This document shows positions 63,838 to 64,000 of a stretch of DNA of 64,000 bases, piece after piece (positions within the stretch are counted from its first letter, which is position 1; every line of letters begins with the position of its first letter). The stretch is from Phycisphaerales bacterium (GTDB lineage Bacteria; Planctomycetota; Phycisphaerae; Phycisphaerales; UBA1924). Under the pieces are notes generated by a model. The model did not search any database. It was not told the DNA's origin and worked only from the letters and a program-made list of their open reading frames with translations. The DNA is taken from assembly GCA_050485765.1 (NCBI GenBank), contig JBJHBZ010000013.1, forward strand, positions 5,272 through 69,271, given 5' to 3'. Made by a program: the position numbers and the translations under genes.

Positions 63838-64000
63838 CCGCGCCCCGACCCCGCATCGCGTTGCTCCCGGGCGACGGCATCGGCCCCGAAGTCCTGACGC
63901 CCGCCCGGCGCGTGCTCGACGCCCTCGCTTTCGACGCCGAGTATGTCCACGCCGACATCGGCTGGCGTTTCTGGCAGACCGAGGGCGACGCGCTCCCCGT
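63834..64000 (+). CDS. Isocitrate/isopropylmalate dehydrogenase family enzyme, predicted homoisocitrate dehydrogenase (3'-truncated by the window end)
   Basis: RIALLPGDGIGPEV N-terminal signature. ATGA overlap with the upstream gene. Confidence 0.7.
   Translation, partial: MTAPRPRIALLPGDGIGPEVLTPARRVLDALAFDAEYVHADIGWRFWQTEGDALP

Overview
About 64 kb of very GC-rich bacterial chromosome (by eye roughly 65-70 % G+C with strong GC3 bias; not computed). I can support about 60 protein genes, 3 tRNAs (Gln-UUG, Cys-GCA, Ala-CGC), no rRNA, no CRISPR array and no recognisable transposase or integrase. A PEP-CTERM protein, HAF-type repeats and a LysW carrier-protein pathway suggest a Planctomycetota/Phycisphaerae-like organism, but that is inference only. 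Most genes are housekeeping: rplI, ssb, rpsF, pth, ctc, prs, efp, aroK, trpF, mutS, gmhA/B, znuABC, rpsU, gltA, tsaD, ctp, hflX and lysS. Many very long ORFs in the six-frame track are antisense artefacts of the high GC content and are rejected. Five things deserve a second look. (1) A terminator-bounded three-gene module pairs an intact PilT-type ATPase with a membrane-anchored GspE/PilB homologue that has lost every catalytic motif, plus a CvpA-like membrane protein, with no pilin, platform or secretin genes. (2) A translationally coupled LysW (amino-group carrier protein) alpha-aminoadipate lysine operon carries two embedded non-canonical genes (citryl-CoA-lyase-like and HD-domain), a fused homoaconitase and a structured, terminator-ended leader. 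(3) There are two intergenic repeat families: a 33-nt REP/BIME-like hairpin in 13 copies with compensatory stem variants, and a ~135-nt structured element. (4) A promoter-to-terminator unit of about 320 nt has no credible ORF and is a candidate ncRNA. (5) A ~0.9 kb low-GC islet next to tRNA-Ala encodes an orphan 2-TM protein. All family calls rest on motifs I recognise by eye; no database search was run.
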